Positions 1 to 10,207 are shown, counted from the stretch's first letter. The stretch is DNA of 64,000 bases from Polyangiaceae bacterium (GCA_044222475.1 JBGANF010000007.1:63005-127004), one strand, 5' to 3'. Translations and numbers: made by a program. Notes: a model not told the origin generated them from the letters alone.

Positions 1-178
1 GGTCGACCTCGACGACGACGCCGGTGATGAAGAGGAAGACGACGCGAGCGCCGACGCCGACGAGCCCGACGCGATGGACGCATCCGTCGACGTCGGCATC
101 GACGCGCCAAAGGCGTTCGTCCCGATCCCGACGGTGAAGAAGCCGCCGCCGAAGCGCCCCCCGCGCCGGCGTCATTAG
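1..178 (+). CDS. 3' end of a hypothetical protein (acidic linker, basic Pro-rich tail), partial
   Basis: Frame from base 2 reads VDLDDDAGDEEEDD...KKPPPKRPPRRRH and ends at TAG 176-178. Confidence 0.6.
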   Translation, partial: VDLDDDAGDEEEDDASADADEPDAMDASVDVGIDAPKAFVPIPTVKKPPPKRPPRRRH

Positions 179-184
179 AATGTT

Positions 185-973
185 CTAGAACTGACCCGTC
201 GTGCAGACTGCGCCACCTGGATACGCCTTCTCCGCCGCCAGGCAAGTGCTCGCTTCGACGCACATGCTGTACTCGTCGGCGATGCTCTGGGCGGCCGCGT
301 CGACGACGAAGGTGAGGCACCGGCGCCCTGCGCACGAACCCCCGTCACCGCGGCGGCAAGGCGACGGGCCCCCGAACTCCTGGGTGAACTTGTCCACGCA
401 CAGACTGTAGGGATGCAGTGGCGAGCGTCCCATGCAGACCTGTCCCTGATTGGGACACGCTCCGCAGGCGCCGCCGCAGAGTGTGACGCCGGGTATCTTC
501 GGACATGTGGTCGGCGCGGGCGGGATGGCTGCGCCGGTGTACGTCGACCGGTCGGCATAGCGAGACATGTCGAGGCGGCCGTTCAGCGCGTAGAGCTTGG
601 CGAGATCCTCGTGAACGCAGTCGGTCTGCAGCGTCGTGGGGCCGAGATCGCGATACGAGGCCGCGTAGTCCGCCAGGAGAAATCCGTCCGGGCACTGCTC
701 AGGCTCGGGACCTCCCGACTTGATGTCTTCAAGGCAGAAGCTCAAGCTCGTGTCGAACTGCCCGCTCGTGCAGTACTTGCAAGTCGCCCCACAGTTGTCG
801 GTCCCATGGCACACGCTCACTCCCGAGGGTGCCCGGCACTTCGTGAACCCGGAATCCGCATCGAGAATCGACCCGTCACTGCCGCCATCCGCACCCCCGT
901 CAGGTCCTGCTTGGACGGCTCCGCCGCAGGCGACGAGCGCACCGAGGAGGGCGCCCAAAAGCAAGCCCCTCAT
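185..973 (-). CDS. Cys-rich secreted lipoprotein, unknown function
   Basis: ATG at 973 overlaps the upstream stop (ATGA); signal MRGLLLGALLGALVAC, DGG linker, many Cys. Confidence 0.8.
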   Translation of the reverse strand: MRGLLLGALLGALVACGGAVQAGPDGGADGGSDGSILDADSGFTKCRAPSGVSVCHGTDNCGATCKYCTSGQFDTSLSFCLEDIKSGGPEPEQCPDGFLLADYAASYRDLGPTTLQTDCVHEDLAKLYALNGRLDMSRYADRSTYTGAAIPPAPTTCPKIPGVTLCGGACGACPNQGQVCMGRSPLHPYSLCVDKFTQEFGGPSPCRRGDGGSCAGRRCLTFVVDAAAQSIADEYSMCVEASTCLAAEKAYPGGAVCTTGQF

Positions 974-2839
974 TGCCCGACCACCGTGCAGTTGTCGTAC
1001 TTGTTGCTCTGCGGGTTGTAGACACAACCGAGCGAGGTGAGCGTCCGGCCATCGTACGTAGTGAAGGCGGTCGCTCTCCTTCCGAGCGCGCCTGGCACCT
1101 GCGCAACAGGCGGATCGCACAGACTGTTCAGTCCTACCCCCGTCGTCACCTGCCCGAGGTTGAATAGAATCAGGTACGGAATGAACGCCGGGTTCGTGTA
1201 CTCCTTGTCGTCGTCCACGAAGACGAGCTCCACGGAATCGGGCAGCACGTTGATTCGCCGGGCCGGGATGGCGTAGCGGCAGAAGTTGCCGCCCGCCCGA
1301 GGCGCGCACTTGAAGTTCTTGTAGATGCGCTCCGACGGGTGGACCGGATTCGGCATGGTCTCCAATGCGGTCGCTTCATAGAGCTGAGCAAACGCTGCCT
1401 GCGGGATTCCCAGTCGCTGCCCTGCGAGGCCAGTTACGGCGGCGAGGAGTTGATCGTGAACGTTGCGGAAAAGACCTGGGCAGATGTCGCCGAGCCGAGG
1501 ATCGTCGACTGCCAGGATGGATTCATCCTGCGGCCCGCGCGGCTCGCAGGAGAACCCACTGGCCAGCGTGATCCCCGCGAACTCTTGCTGCTTCCGAGCA
1601 ACATCGTAGATGCGGCCGGGCAGCGTGTCCGGCACGTTGAACTCGCCAGGCGGCGTCGTGAGAATGGAGAGAAGTGCATCTTCGAGCTGCGTCTTGACGT
1701 CGGCCGCGCCAATCCCGAAGAATGACGACGAGGTGGATCCGTGGTCCAAGAGCGGGTCGACGGTGAGAACGCCGTTGAGCAGCTTGAACTCGAACGCGTG
1801 GAGCATCTCGACCTGGGCGTTGAGCGAACCGATGACGGGCACGGGCACGTCGTGAAGCGCTCCCGAGAAATGGAAGAAGAACCCACCATGCTGCGCGTCT
1901 TCTCGCTCGTTGGTTGCGTGGAGGAACGCGGCCGTGTCACTCGTATCGAGCACGACGCTGGCGTTCGGGTTGTCCCGGGCGAGGGTCTGCTCCACGGCGG
2001 TCAAGAAACCCGGCGCGATGAGATCGAGCAGGCCCGTCCGTGACGAATTGGTGTACGAGACCTTCTGCGCGCAGAGCCCGTGATTGACGACGTGGACTGC
2101 CTTGACCGATCCGTAACCGTTCGAAGTTCCCGATCGGGGCTCGGATGCAGGACCTTGCGGTTGAGCGCCGTTCGTCCAGAAATCCGTCCAGTCGTAGAGA
2201 GCGAAGACCGGGGCGGGGCCGGGGTTCGGCGAGAAGGGGGTGTTCGTGTTCCAGTTCGGTTGGGGCGGGTACACCAGCGTGGCCGAATCGGGAAGACGCG
2301 ATGCTTGAAACTCGGCGCGAATTCCTTGCGAGATGGAGCGCGTCGGTCCGGGTGGCGGCTCCGCAACCGTGCGCGTGCCGGCCAACACCTGGAAGAGCTC
2401 CTCTGGATCGCGCGCGAAGAGGAGGACCTCGTGCTGCGTCGCCAGGTCACGTACGCGGGTCGCCTCTCCGGCGCGCTGCCAGAAGGCGTGGACCGACTGA
2501 TAGCGAACGAAGTTCCCGTCGGGCGGAAAGAGCGTGGCTGCACGAAGGTCGAACGGCAGATTCGTCGGCGTGACCGTCCCCGAGCCATACCGAGCATCGT
2601 TCGTGAGCACCGAGCCGCGGTAGCCCCAGTGGAAGAAGGGCGACCCGAGCCAGTACTGCAGGTACGTCGCGTAGGGTCCCGTGTTGAAGGGAGCACTCGA
2701 CGGCTGTCCGAACTCGAGCACCGATTCACCGGTGCGAGTGGGTTCGTTGCCGACGTCGCAACCCGCTAAGCCGCTAATGCCCCCCCCTTGCAACAGCGGT
2801 ACCAATTAGGGACAACGCGAGGAATCGGCTTCGCGGCAT
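970..2839 (-). CDS. Large hypothetical lipoprotein, frameshifted in a G8 tract within the signal peptide
   Basis: 611-aa ORF 970-2805 with LAGC lipobox. GGAGG-preceded ATG at 2839 is one base out of frame across the C8 run at 2780-2787. Confidence 0.7.
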
Positions 2840-2918
2840 GGCTCACCCTCCGCCGATCAGGGTAGCCGAGCGAAGCGCTTCGACAAGGTGTGTCGGTGTA
2901 CGCCTGCTGCCAGGAGGA

Positions 2919-4823
2919 TCACTTCGCCAGCGCGACCACCGGGGCGCTCCCCTGCGTGACGTCGAAGCGGTGACCGGCGGGCAGCTCGAACGTCTCCGTC
3001 GTGAGCGCCGCGTTGGGCCAGCGGACCGTCACCTTTGCGGTGCACGCCGCGCCGAGCCCGACGTGCACGACGAGGTCGTCCTGCGCGCCGTAGTGACCGA
3101 ACCCGCCGCCGACGTCGCGCACCTGCTTGATGCCGCCGGCCTCGACGGTGACGCGCGCGCCGATCGCCGCGCGGTTCGTGCCTGCCCCGCCGATCAGGTG
3201 CAGCTGCACGAAGTTGCCGCCCATTTGGTTCACGAAGAGGCGCGCCTGCTGCGTCGGGTAGCACTCGGTGTCGCAACGCGCCGGCGAGTGCCCCACCACG
3301 ATGTCGAGGTCGCCGTCGCGATCGAAATCGGCGATGGCGCTGCCATGGCTGCGGTGGTGGTCGATCCCGTCGGCGATCGACACGGCCTCGAAGGAGCGCG
3401 GCGCCTTCTGGTGGTAGAGCAGCCCGTGCGTGCCGGGGTAGTCGCTGTTGCCCCAGTAGATGTCGGCCCAGCCGTCGTTGTCGAAGTCGAAGATGCTCCC
3501 GCTCATGATGCCTTCGTCCCACGGCAACGGACCACGATCGCGCGCGAGGCCGGTCGCGTCGTTGCCCGGGCGATCGAACGAGAGCGGCGTCTTGCCGGTG
3601 TTGAAGAGCACCTCGGCCTCGTCCGACGACGAGCCGACGTCCCAGTGCTTGATCTCGGTGGTGACGAGATCGAGCTTCCCGTCGTTGTCGAGGTCGCCGC
3701 AGATCGCCGCACCGCTGTTGCCGCCGAGGCGCCACGGCTCGCGATCGGTCTGGTGGTTCCAGCGAAACGCGTCGCTCGCGACCGTGCACTTGATGTTCGC
3801 CGGGGGCGGCACGCCGGTGCAGTCGGTGTCGCTCGGGTTGAGCGTGCACCAGCAGCGCGCGGACTCGTTGTCGGTCCAGTCTTGCTTCTTGTCGTACGCG
3901 TAGCCGCTCTCGACCGAGACGTTGGCGAACGGCTGCCCCGCCGCCGGAGCGCGAAACATGAGGTTCGGCGCGCGACCGTACGAACCGAGGAGCAGCTCGG
4001 GCGTGCCGTCGCCGTCGAGATCGCAGGCAGCGGCCGACCACGAGTTGGCGTGGCCGAGGCCCTGGTTCAGCTCGTCGACCGATGCGCTGCCCCAGCTCTT
4101 GGTCTTCAGGCCGAGGGCGTTGGTGACGTCGGTGAAGTTGCCCGCGCCGTCCCCTTGGAAGAGGCGGCTCTGCTGAGCCGTGCTCACCGACGCGGCGCCG
4201 ATCCAAAGGTCCAGGTTACCGTCGCGATCGTAGTCGACGAACGATGCACCTCCGACCGCGAGCCCGACCACGCGGAACGGGTTCGACGCCGGGCCGAGCG
4301 AGAACGTCCCATCGCCGTTGTTCAGCATGAGCTCGCTCGTCTCGGTCTCGTTGGCGATCGGCGAAGTGCCGGTGAACACGTCGAGGTCACCGTCGTTGTC
4401 GACGTCGCCGAAGGCGACCACCTCGCCGGGCCGCCCCTTGGTGGCGTTCCCGTCGCGCCGCTGTTGCACGCCGGACGACTGGGTCACGTCCTCGAAGTGA
4501 CCCTTCACGTTTCGCATGAGGAAGCTGATGCGCTTGCCGCCAGCGGCGAAGTCGTCGGCCGCGCCGCCGAGGCGCACGAAGAGGTCGGTCCAGCCGTCGC
4601 CGTCGAAGTCCACCGCCGAAGCGCGGTAGCCGACCGCACCGGTCAACCCGACGTCGGCGGTGCCTTCGACGAACGTCTTCGTGCCGGGGGTCCACTTCGA
4701 AGCCGTCACGCATTTGGGTTGGACGCCGGCATCCGGGGAGTCGCCCCCGCCGGAGCACGCCGAGCCGAGCGCGGCGGGTACGAGGGCGAGAGCGAGCAGC
4801 GGAAGGAAGGCGAGGCGACGCAT
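2919..4823 (-). CDS. CRTAC1-like lipoprotein (FG-GAP/VCBS repeats plus ASPIC/UnbV domain)
   Basis: Repeated DxDxDGxxD motifs, C-terminal NRAAIGARVTV...HVGLG...VRWP, lipobox LGSAC. Confidence 0.9.
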   Translation of the reverse strand: MRRLAFLPLLALALVPAALGSACSGGGDSPDAGVQPKCVTASKWTPGTKTFVEGTADVGLTGAVGYRASAVDFDGDGWTDLFVRLGGAADDFAAGGKRISFLMRNVKGHFEDVTQSSGVQQRRDGNATKGRPGEVVAFGDVDNDGDLDVFTGTSPIANETETSELMLNNGDGTFSLGPASNPFRVVGLAVGGASFVDYDRDGNLDLWIGAASVSTAQQSRLFQGDGAGNFTDVTNALGLKTKSWGSASVDELNQGLGHANSWSAAACDLDGDGTPELLLGSYGRAPNLMFRAPAAGQPFANVSVESGYAYDKKQDWTDNESARCWCTLNPSDTDCTGVPPPANIKCTVASDAFRWNHQTDREPWRLGGNSGAAICGDLDNDGKLDLVTTEIKHWDVGSSSDEAEVLFNTGKTPLSFDRPGNDATGLARDRGPLPWDEGIMSGSIFDFDNDGWADIYWGNSDYPGTHGLLYHQKAPRSFEAVSIADGIDHHRSHGSAIADFDRDGDLDIVVGHSPARCDTECYPTQQARLFVNQMGGNFVQLHLIGGAGTNRAAIGARVTVEAGGIKQVRDVGGGFGHYGAQDDLVVHVGLGAACTAKVTVRWPNAALTTETFELPAGHRFDVTQGSAPVVALAK

Positions 4824-4847
4824 GGCTCGATTCTAGCGCACGCCGCG

Positions 4848-5294
4848 CTAGAACGTGCGGAACACCGCCACCGACGTGCCGAGCGCCGCGGCGACGAGGG
4901 CGAGGAGAAACGCCCCACTGTACGCGCGGTGCGCCGCGCGGCTCACGAGCTCCCGCGACGCGACCGGAAACCGCGGCGCCGCGAGGTGCGCGACGCACCC
5001 CGCGCACGCGAGCGAAATCGCGAACACGGCGAGGTGCTCCTTCCGCTCGAAGCACCAGCCGAGCGTGGGCGCATCGAGGAAGATTTGCTGCTTCAGACGC
5101 ACGCGGTACTCCGGGTAGATCCACCCGCCGAGCACGCCGGTGACGACCGGCAACGCGGTCGCGAGCGACACCGCGAGCGGGGCGCGCCGACCCGGTCGTC
5201 GCAGCACGATCACCGGGTGGAGGAGTACGACGACCGTGAGCCACCCGAGGTGGCCGTGGACATGCTCGAGTACGCGCAGCGCCGTCGGCGTCAT
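4848..5294 (-). CDS. Hypothetical membrane protein (about 4 TM)
   Basis: 148-aa hydrophobic ORF, 4-bp overlap with the upstream gene. Confidence 0.75.
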   Translation of the reverse strand: MTPTALRVLEHVHGHLGWLTVVVLLHPVIVLRRPGRRAPLAVSLATALPVVTGVLGGWIYPEYRVRLKQQIFLDAPTLGWCFERKEHLAVFAISLACAGCVAHLAAPRFPVASRELVSRAAHRAYSGAFLLALVAAALGTSVAVFRTF

Positions 5295-5617
5295 GGGAGC
5301 AACACCGCTTGCGCGCCAGCGAACGCGGCGACGAAGGGCACCGCGCGGACGAGCGCACGCGTCACCTGCGCCTCACGCGTTCGTGCGAGCCACCCGACGA
5401 GGAGCGCCACGGCGCCGCCGACGTACGCCGCGATCGTGGCGCGCCAGAACATCGCGATCCTACCGCCGTAGGCGTACATCACGGTGGCGGGGTTCGCCTC
5501 CGAGCCGAACAGCACGTCGTAGCCGCGAAGCACCGCGTACGTCGCGGTCACGGCGAGGAAGAACGCGAGCGCCCCGAGCGCGCATCGCACCACCCACGTC
5601 GACTCACCGGTAGGCAC
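5291..5617 (-). CDS. Hypothetical membrane protein (about 3 TM)
   Basis: 108-aa hydrophobic ORF; exact start uncertain. Confidence 0.7.
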   Translation of the reverse strand: MPTGESTWVVRCALGALAFFLAVTATYAVLRGYDVLFGSEANPATVMYAYGGRIAMFWRATIAAYVGGAVALLVGWLARTREAQVTRALVRAVPFVAAFAGAQAVLLP

Positions 5618-5641
5618 GTCGACGTGGGTAGCACACTACGA

Positions 5642-8176
5642 TCAGTTCGGACCGCTGTTGCCGCCGCACTGGTTGGCGATGCCGCCACCACCGCAGCTCT
5701 GCGGCGGTGCGCAGGTGCCGCACTGGAGGAGGCCGCCGCAGCCGTCGGCCACCGGACCGCAGTTCGCACCCGCCTGCTGGCAGGTCTGCGGGGTGCACAC
5801 CGGAGGCGGGCACGGACCGCAGTCGAGGAGCGCGCCGCAACCGTCGGCCGCAGGACCGCAGCTCACGTTCTGCTGCTGGCAGGTCTTCGGCGTGCAGCTC
5901 GCGTTGCCGCACTGGTTCTGGTTGCCGCCGCCGCCGCAGTTCTGGTTGTTCTGGCAGGTGCCGCAGTTGAGCGTGCCGCCGCAGCCGTCGGGGACGAGGC
6001 CGCAGTTCGCGTTGAGCTGCTGGCAGGTCTTCGGCGTGCAGCTCGGGCCCTTGCACGTGCTCGGGATACCGGAGCACGTCTGACCGTTCTGGCAGACGCC
6101 GCACTGGATCACGTTGCCGCAGCCGTCACCGGCCGGGCCGCACGTCTGACCGAGCTGCTGGCACGTCTTGGAGACGCAGCTCGGCGGCGGGGGCGGCGGC
6201 GGGACGCACGACGCGAGGTCGAACAGCATGAACGCGAGGACCTTCTCTTGAGGGGTCATCGCGGTGTTGCTGCACTCGTTCGGGAAGTTCACGTTGTTCG
6301 ACGCCGAGCCGGTCGTGACGTGGAAGTCGCTGTACAGCACGCGACCGCACTGCTGCGTGTTGTTGTACGGCGTGTTGAACGTGTAGTGGAGCAGTGCCGC
6401 CTGGGGAACGTTGTTGTACGTGCGCAGCCACCCGAGCGGCGCGGCGCCGTTCGCCGGGTTGCCGAGCGGATCGTTCACGTCGTGGCGCGGCTCGGCGACG
6501 GTGATTCGCGGCGGGTTGTTCGCCGCGAGCGCGCCGACCGCCGGCACGGCCAGCCACTGGCTGAAGATGAGCCCCTTCGGGAAGCTCGTGTCGACGACCG
6601 CGGTCGCCGTGTTCCAGCTCGCGGTGTCCGCCGCCCAAGCCGCGGTCGTGTTCCACGGCGCCGTGTTGTAGAGCCACACGTAGCTGAAGTGGGTCGCATA
6701 GACGCGGCCGCCCTTGTTCGCGAACGCGATGACTCGGTTCTGATCGGCGGCTGCCTTGTTCACCCGGCTGCCGACGCACGCGAAGAGCGCGATGTCGTAC
6801 TTGTCGAGCTCGGTCTGGTTGCCGTAGAGCGTCGACGCGGCGGGGGTCTGGTTGTTGATGCGCGCTCCATTGTCTTGATAGAAGCGGATGCGCCCGGTGC
6901 CGTTGGGGTTGGTGAACTCCGCGTCGTCGACGCCGAGCTTGCGGATCACGCACTCGAGCGCGTCGACGTCACCGGTCGAGATCGCGGTGAGAGGGATGTC
7001 GCCTTCCGCCTTGTTCTTCGGGAGGCGCGTCTGTTGCGCAGTGAGCGCCGTAGTCACGCACGCGGGGACGTTCGGGATCGTGATCTGACGGCGCCAACGG
7101 CCGATCTGGATGACGAGCGGGATGTTGTTGCCGACCGGCACGTTGTCGAGCGTGAACGTTCCATCGAACGCGCTCGTCGTGGTGACGAGCGGGCTACCGC
7201 TGGCGGTCGCGCACTGCTCGCACGTGACGCCCGGCGTGAACGCCGCAACCGGACCGTTCGGAACGTAGACGACCGCGTTCGGCAGCGGCAACGTTCCGTT
7301 CGGTGCGTACACGGTGCCGGTGAGGCGCGTGCCCGGTCCCGAGTCGCACGTCACTTGCTGCAGGCAGAGCCCTTGGCACGATCCGCCGTCGGGTGCGCCA
7401 CCGCACTGGCTGGCGACGCCACCGCCGCCGCAGATGTTGCCGCCGGAGCACGTGCCGCAGTTGAGGAGGTTGCCGCAACCGTCCGCGACGGGGCCGCAGT
7501 TCGCGTTCTGCTGCTGGCACGTGAGCGGGACGCACGACGGGACGCCGCCGCACTGGCTCGCGATGCCGCCGCCGCCGCAGATCTGCGGCGCGTTGCACGA
7601 GCCACACTGGAGGAGACCGCCGCAGCCGTCCGCGATCGGACCGCACGAGTTCACCGGGCACTGCGCGAGCGGGACGCAGACGCCGCCGTCGGGTCCGTTG
7701 ATGCCGCCGCCACCGCACACCGAGCCCTGGCCGCCGCCGCCGCAGATCTTCGGCGCGGTGCACGAGCCGCACTGGATCACGCCGCCACAGCCGTCTCCGG
7801 CGGGGCCGCAGTCGTAGCCCAGCTGCTGGCACGTCTTGGGGACACACGACGGCGGCTTGCCGCCGCCACACTGGCTCGGCTTGCCGCCGCCGCCGCAGAT
7901 GTCCGGGGCGGTGCACGAGCCGCACTGGATCACGCCGCCACAGCCGTCTCCGGCGGGTCCGCAGTCGGCGTTGATGTCGGTGCATGTCCGCGGCTTGCAG
8001 GGCCCGGTGATCGCACCGTCACCGAAGCCGATCGAACCGTCGCCGAAGTCGGGGACGTCGACGAGCCCGGAGTCCGAGTTCGGGAAATCGCTCGTTCCCT
8101 CTTCGGTGCCGCACGCCACGGCGACGGCCACACCCACGATCGAAACACCTGCGAGCAATACGCTGCGAAGCTTCAA
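5642..8176 (-). CDS. Cys/Gly-rich repeat lipoprotein with central carboxypeptidase-regulatory-like domain
   Basis: GGAGG then TTG at 8176; lipobox AVAC; about 8 CxPxTCQQxxxxCGPxxDGCG repeats flank a GTVYAPNG...YVP domain. Confidence 0.85.
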   Translation of the reverse strand: MKLRSVLLAGVSIVGVAVAVACGTEEGTSDFPNSDSGLVDVPDFGDGSIGFGDGAITGPCKPRTCTDINADCGPAGDGCGGVIQCGSCTAPDICGGGGKPSQCGGGKPPSCVPKTCQQLGYDCGPAGDGCGGVIQCGSCTAPKICGGGGQGSVCGGGGINGPDGGVCVPLAQCPVNSCGPIADGCGGLLQCGSCNAPQICGGGGIASQCGGVPSCVPLTCQQQNANCGPVADGCGNLLNCGTCSGGNICGGGGVASQCGGAPDGGSCQGLCLQQVTCDSGPGTRLTGTVYAPNGTLPLPNAVVYVPNGPVAAFTPGVTCEQCATASGSPLVTTTSAFDGTFTLDNVPVGNNIPLVIQIGRWRRQITIPNVPACVTTALTAQQTRLPKNKAEGDIPLTAISTGDVDALECVIRKLGVDDAEFTNPNGTGRIRFYQDNGARINNQTPAASTLYGNQTELDKYDIALFACVGSRVNKAAADQNRVIAFANKGGRVYATHFSYVWLYNTAPWNTTAAWAADTASWNTATAVVDTSFPKGLIFSQWLAVPAVGALAANNPPRITVAEPRHDVNDPLGNPANGAAPLGWLRTYNNVPQAALLHYTFNTPYNNTQQCGRVLYSDFHVTTGSASNNVNFPNECSNTAMTPQEKVLAFMLFDLASCVPPPPPPPSCVSKTCQQLGQTCGPAGDGCGNVIQCGVCQNGQTCSGIPSTCKGPSCTPKTCQQLNANCGLVPDGCGGTLNCGTCQNNQNCGGGGNQNQCGNASCTPKTCQQQNVSCGPAADGCGALLDCGPCPPPVCTPQTCQQAGANCGPVADGCGGLLQCGTCAPPQSCGGGGIANQCGGNSGPN

Positions 8177-8313
8177 GGCATCCTCCAGTAGCTTGGTGCT
8201 GCGTCCGCCGCTCGAGCGCGCGGATCGCAAAAGACACCACAGTCCAACATCTCACGCCCTATCGCCTCATGGCCAGAGAATCCCGCTCTCGACGGAAAAA
8301 TTTAGAGAGACTG

Positions 8314-8362
8314 TCAGGGCGCAAGGATCCGCTCCCCAGGTGCTCAGGGCGCAAGGATCCGC
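8314..8362. repeat. 19-bp direct repeat TCAGGGCGCAAGGATCCGC (8314-8332 and 8344-8362)
   Basis: Exact duplicate with a 30-bp period; the second copy is the 3' end of the cytochrome gene. Confidence 0.95.
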
Positions 8363-9174
8363 CCTGGCGCTCCACCCGCCGGCGGTTCGGCGTGGCAGCC
8401 GTTGCATTCGCCGGACATCTGCGCACTTTTCATCACACGGACGCGGGTGCCGGCGAGGATGCGCGCGGTGTACGGCGGCGTGAAGCTCGAGTCCTCGAGC
8501 ATGAAGTTGCCGGCCGAGTTCACGCTCGCGGTGAACGTCTTTCCGTTCTTGTCCTTCAGCTCGACCGTGATCGGGTCGCCGCCGCTGCTGCTCGTACCCG
8601 AGCACGGCGTCGGCTCACGCAGCGTCGAATAGACGGTCCCCGCGGCTTCGAAGATCGGCCCTTCGCCTTCGTCAGCGTGGCAGTGAATGCAGGCGTCGCC
8701 GGGCAGCATCGTGGGCCCTTCCCGCCGAGACCCGGTGTTCCCCGACGTGCAACGAACGCCTACGCTCGGGCTCGCGCACGAGCCGCCCTGCATTCCGCCC
8801 GTGACCCACGCCTCCACGATGGCGACGTCCGACGCGCTCAGCGCGCCGTAGGGCGGCATCGGGTTCGCAGCGTCCTTCATCCGAAGGACGGAGCGATCGC
8901 CGATCGTTCCGCCGGTGATCGCGGTGCTCTTCGCGCGAAACGCATCGGCGGTGACCAGCGACATCGGCGCACCGTTCTTCGGAGTCGCGCCGTGGCAGGA
9001 CGCGCAGTCGCGCGCGACGATCGCTGCCACGTCGCACGGCAGGTCCGTCGCTCCCATCGCCGGATCCGAGGGCGGGATCGGCTGGAGCGGGGAGCTACCG
9101 ACTCCGTAGCAAGCGATTGCCCCCGCCACCGAGGCGGAGACGACGAGGTGACGAGTGGATGGACGAAACGCCAT
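8344..9174 (-). CDS. Triheme c-type cytochrome, probable lipoprotein
   Basis: CASCH, CIHCH and CNGCH heme motifs; N-terminal AGAIAC. Confidence 0.85.
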   Translation of the reverse strand: MAFRPSTRHLVVSASVAGAIACYGVGSSPLQPIPPSDPAMGATDLPCDVAAIVARDCASCHGATPKNGAPMSLVTADAFRAKSTAITGGTIGDRSVLRMKDAANPMPPYGALSASDVAIVEAWVTGGMQGGSCASPSVGVRCTSGNTGSRREGPTMLPGDACIHCHADEGEGPIFEAAGTVYSTLREPTPCSGTSSSGGDPITVELKDKNGKTFTASVNSAGNFMLEDSSFTPPYTARILAGTRVRVMKSAQMSGECNGCHAEPPAGGAPGRILAP

Positions 9175-9215
9175 GTGCTGCACGGAGGTCGTACCCGGAT
9201 CCCTCCGAAATCAGG

Positions 9216-10184
9216 CTAGTTCGCTCCAGGCTTGGGCTTGGGCCGCGGTTTGGTGCTCCGCGCCGGGTTCGGGGGGAGCTTCGCGATCGCCGGACGAAGC
9301 TCCTCGAGCTCTTCGAAGCTCCGCGGCCAGTCGTCGCCCAGCAGCCGGGAAAGGGAGCGATCGGCGAGGAGCTTCCCACCGGTCTGGCACGTGGCGCAGT
9401 AGTTGGTCTCGTTGTCGGCGTAGACGATGCGCTGGACGCGGGCTCCGCACACCGGGCACGGCTTCCCGTATTTCCCGTGCACGGCCATGCCTTCGCGGAA
9501 GGCGGTGACGCGCTCGGGGAACCCAGCCTTCGCTTCGTCGCGCAAGAAGTGCGTCCAGCGCTCGAGCACACTGTTGCAGGATGCAAGCAATCGGGACCAC
9601 TCGGCGTCGTCGAGCTGCTTGGTCTGCTTCAGCGGAGAGAGTTTCGCGTGGTGGAGGATCTCGTCCGAGTACCCGTTGCCGATGCCGTCGAGGATCGTCG
9701 GGTCCGTCAACGCGCGCTTCAGCGTGTGGTTGGTGCGAGTCATCGCGGCGCGAAACTGGGCGAGCGTCGCCTTGGCGACGTCGAGCCCGCCGCGATCGAA
9801 CTGCGCGAGCTCGGACTCGCCGCGCACGACGTGGATCGACGCGCGCTTCTTCGAGCTCGCCTCCGTGAGGATCAGCGTGCCCTTCTCGAAGTCGAACGCG
9901 GCGAGCCCCAGCTTCCCCGGAATCGGCTTTCCTTTCGCCTCCCAACGAAAGCGACCCGACACCATCAAGTGGATCACGAGGTAGAGCTCGGACTCGAAGC
10001 CGAAGACCAACCGCTTGCCCATCCGCCGCGTCGCGACGAGCTTCTTTCCTTCGAGCTCGCGCGGCGACGGCGTCACCGTCCGCAGCACGAACGGGCTCGC
10101 GAGGCGAACCTTCTCGAGCTTCGTGCCGAGCGTGCGCTCGGCGATCGACTCGATGTAGACGACGACGTCGGGGAGCTCGGGCAC
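9216..10184 (-). CDS. Fpg/Nei-family DNA glycosylase/AP lyase
   Basis: N-terminal PELP, HLMVSG, GIGNGYSDEIL H2TH motif, CPVC...CATCQ zinc finger. Confidence 0.93.
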   Translation of the reverse strand: MPELPDVVVYIESIAERTLGTKLEKVRLASPFVLRTVTPSPRELEGKKLVATRRMGKRLVFGFESELYLVIHLMVSGRFRWEAKGKPIPGKLGLAAFDFEKGTLILTEASSKKRASIHVVRGESELAQFDRGGLDVAKATLAQFRAAMTRTNHTLKRALTDPTILDGIGNGYSDEILHHAKLSPLKQTKQLDDAEWSRLLASCNSVLERWTHFLRDEAKAGFPERVTAFREGMAVHGKYGKPCPVCGARVQRIVYADNETNYCATCQTGGKLLADRSLSRLLGDDWPRSFEELEELRPAIAKLPPNPARSTKPRPKPKPGAN

Positions 10185-10207
10185 GGCCGCGAGCTTACCT
10201 CAGTCGA

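Noticed and set aside
2838..8191. Very long opposite-strand and alternate-frame ORFs (2838-5471, 5309-8191; also 17488-20838, 46324-48801)
   Set aside because: Arg/Ala-rich shadow ORFs expected in GC-rich DNA opposite well-supported genes
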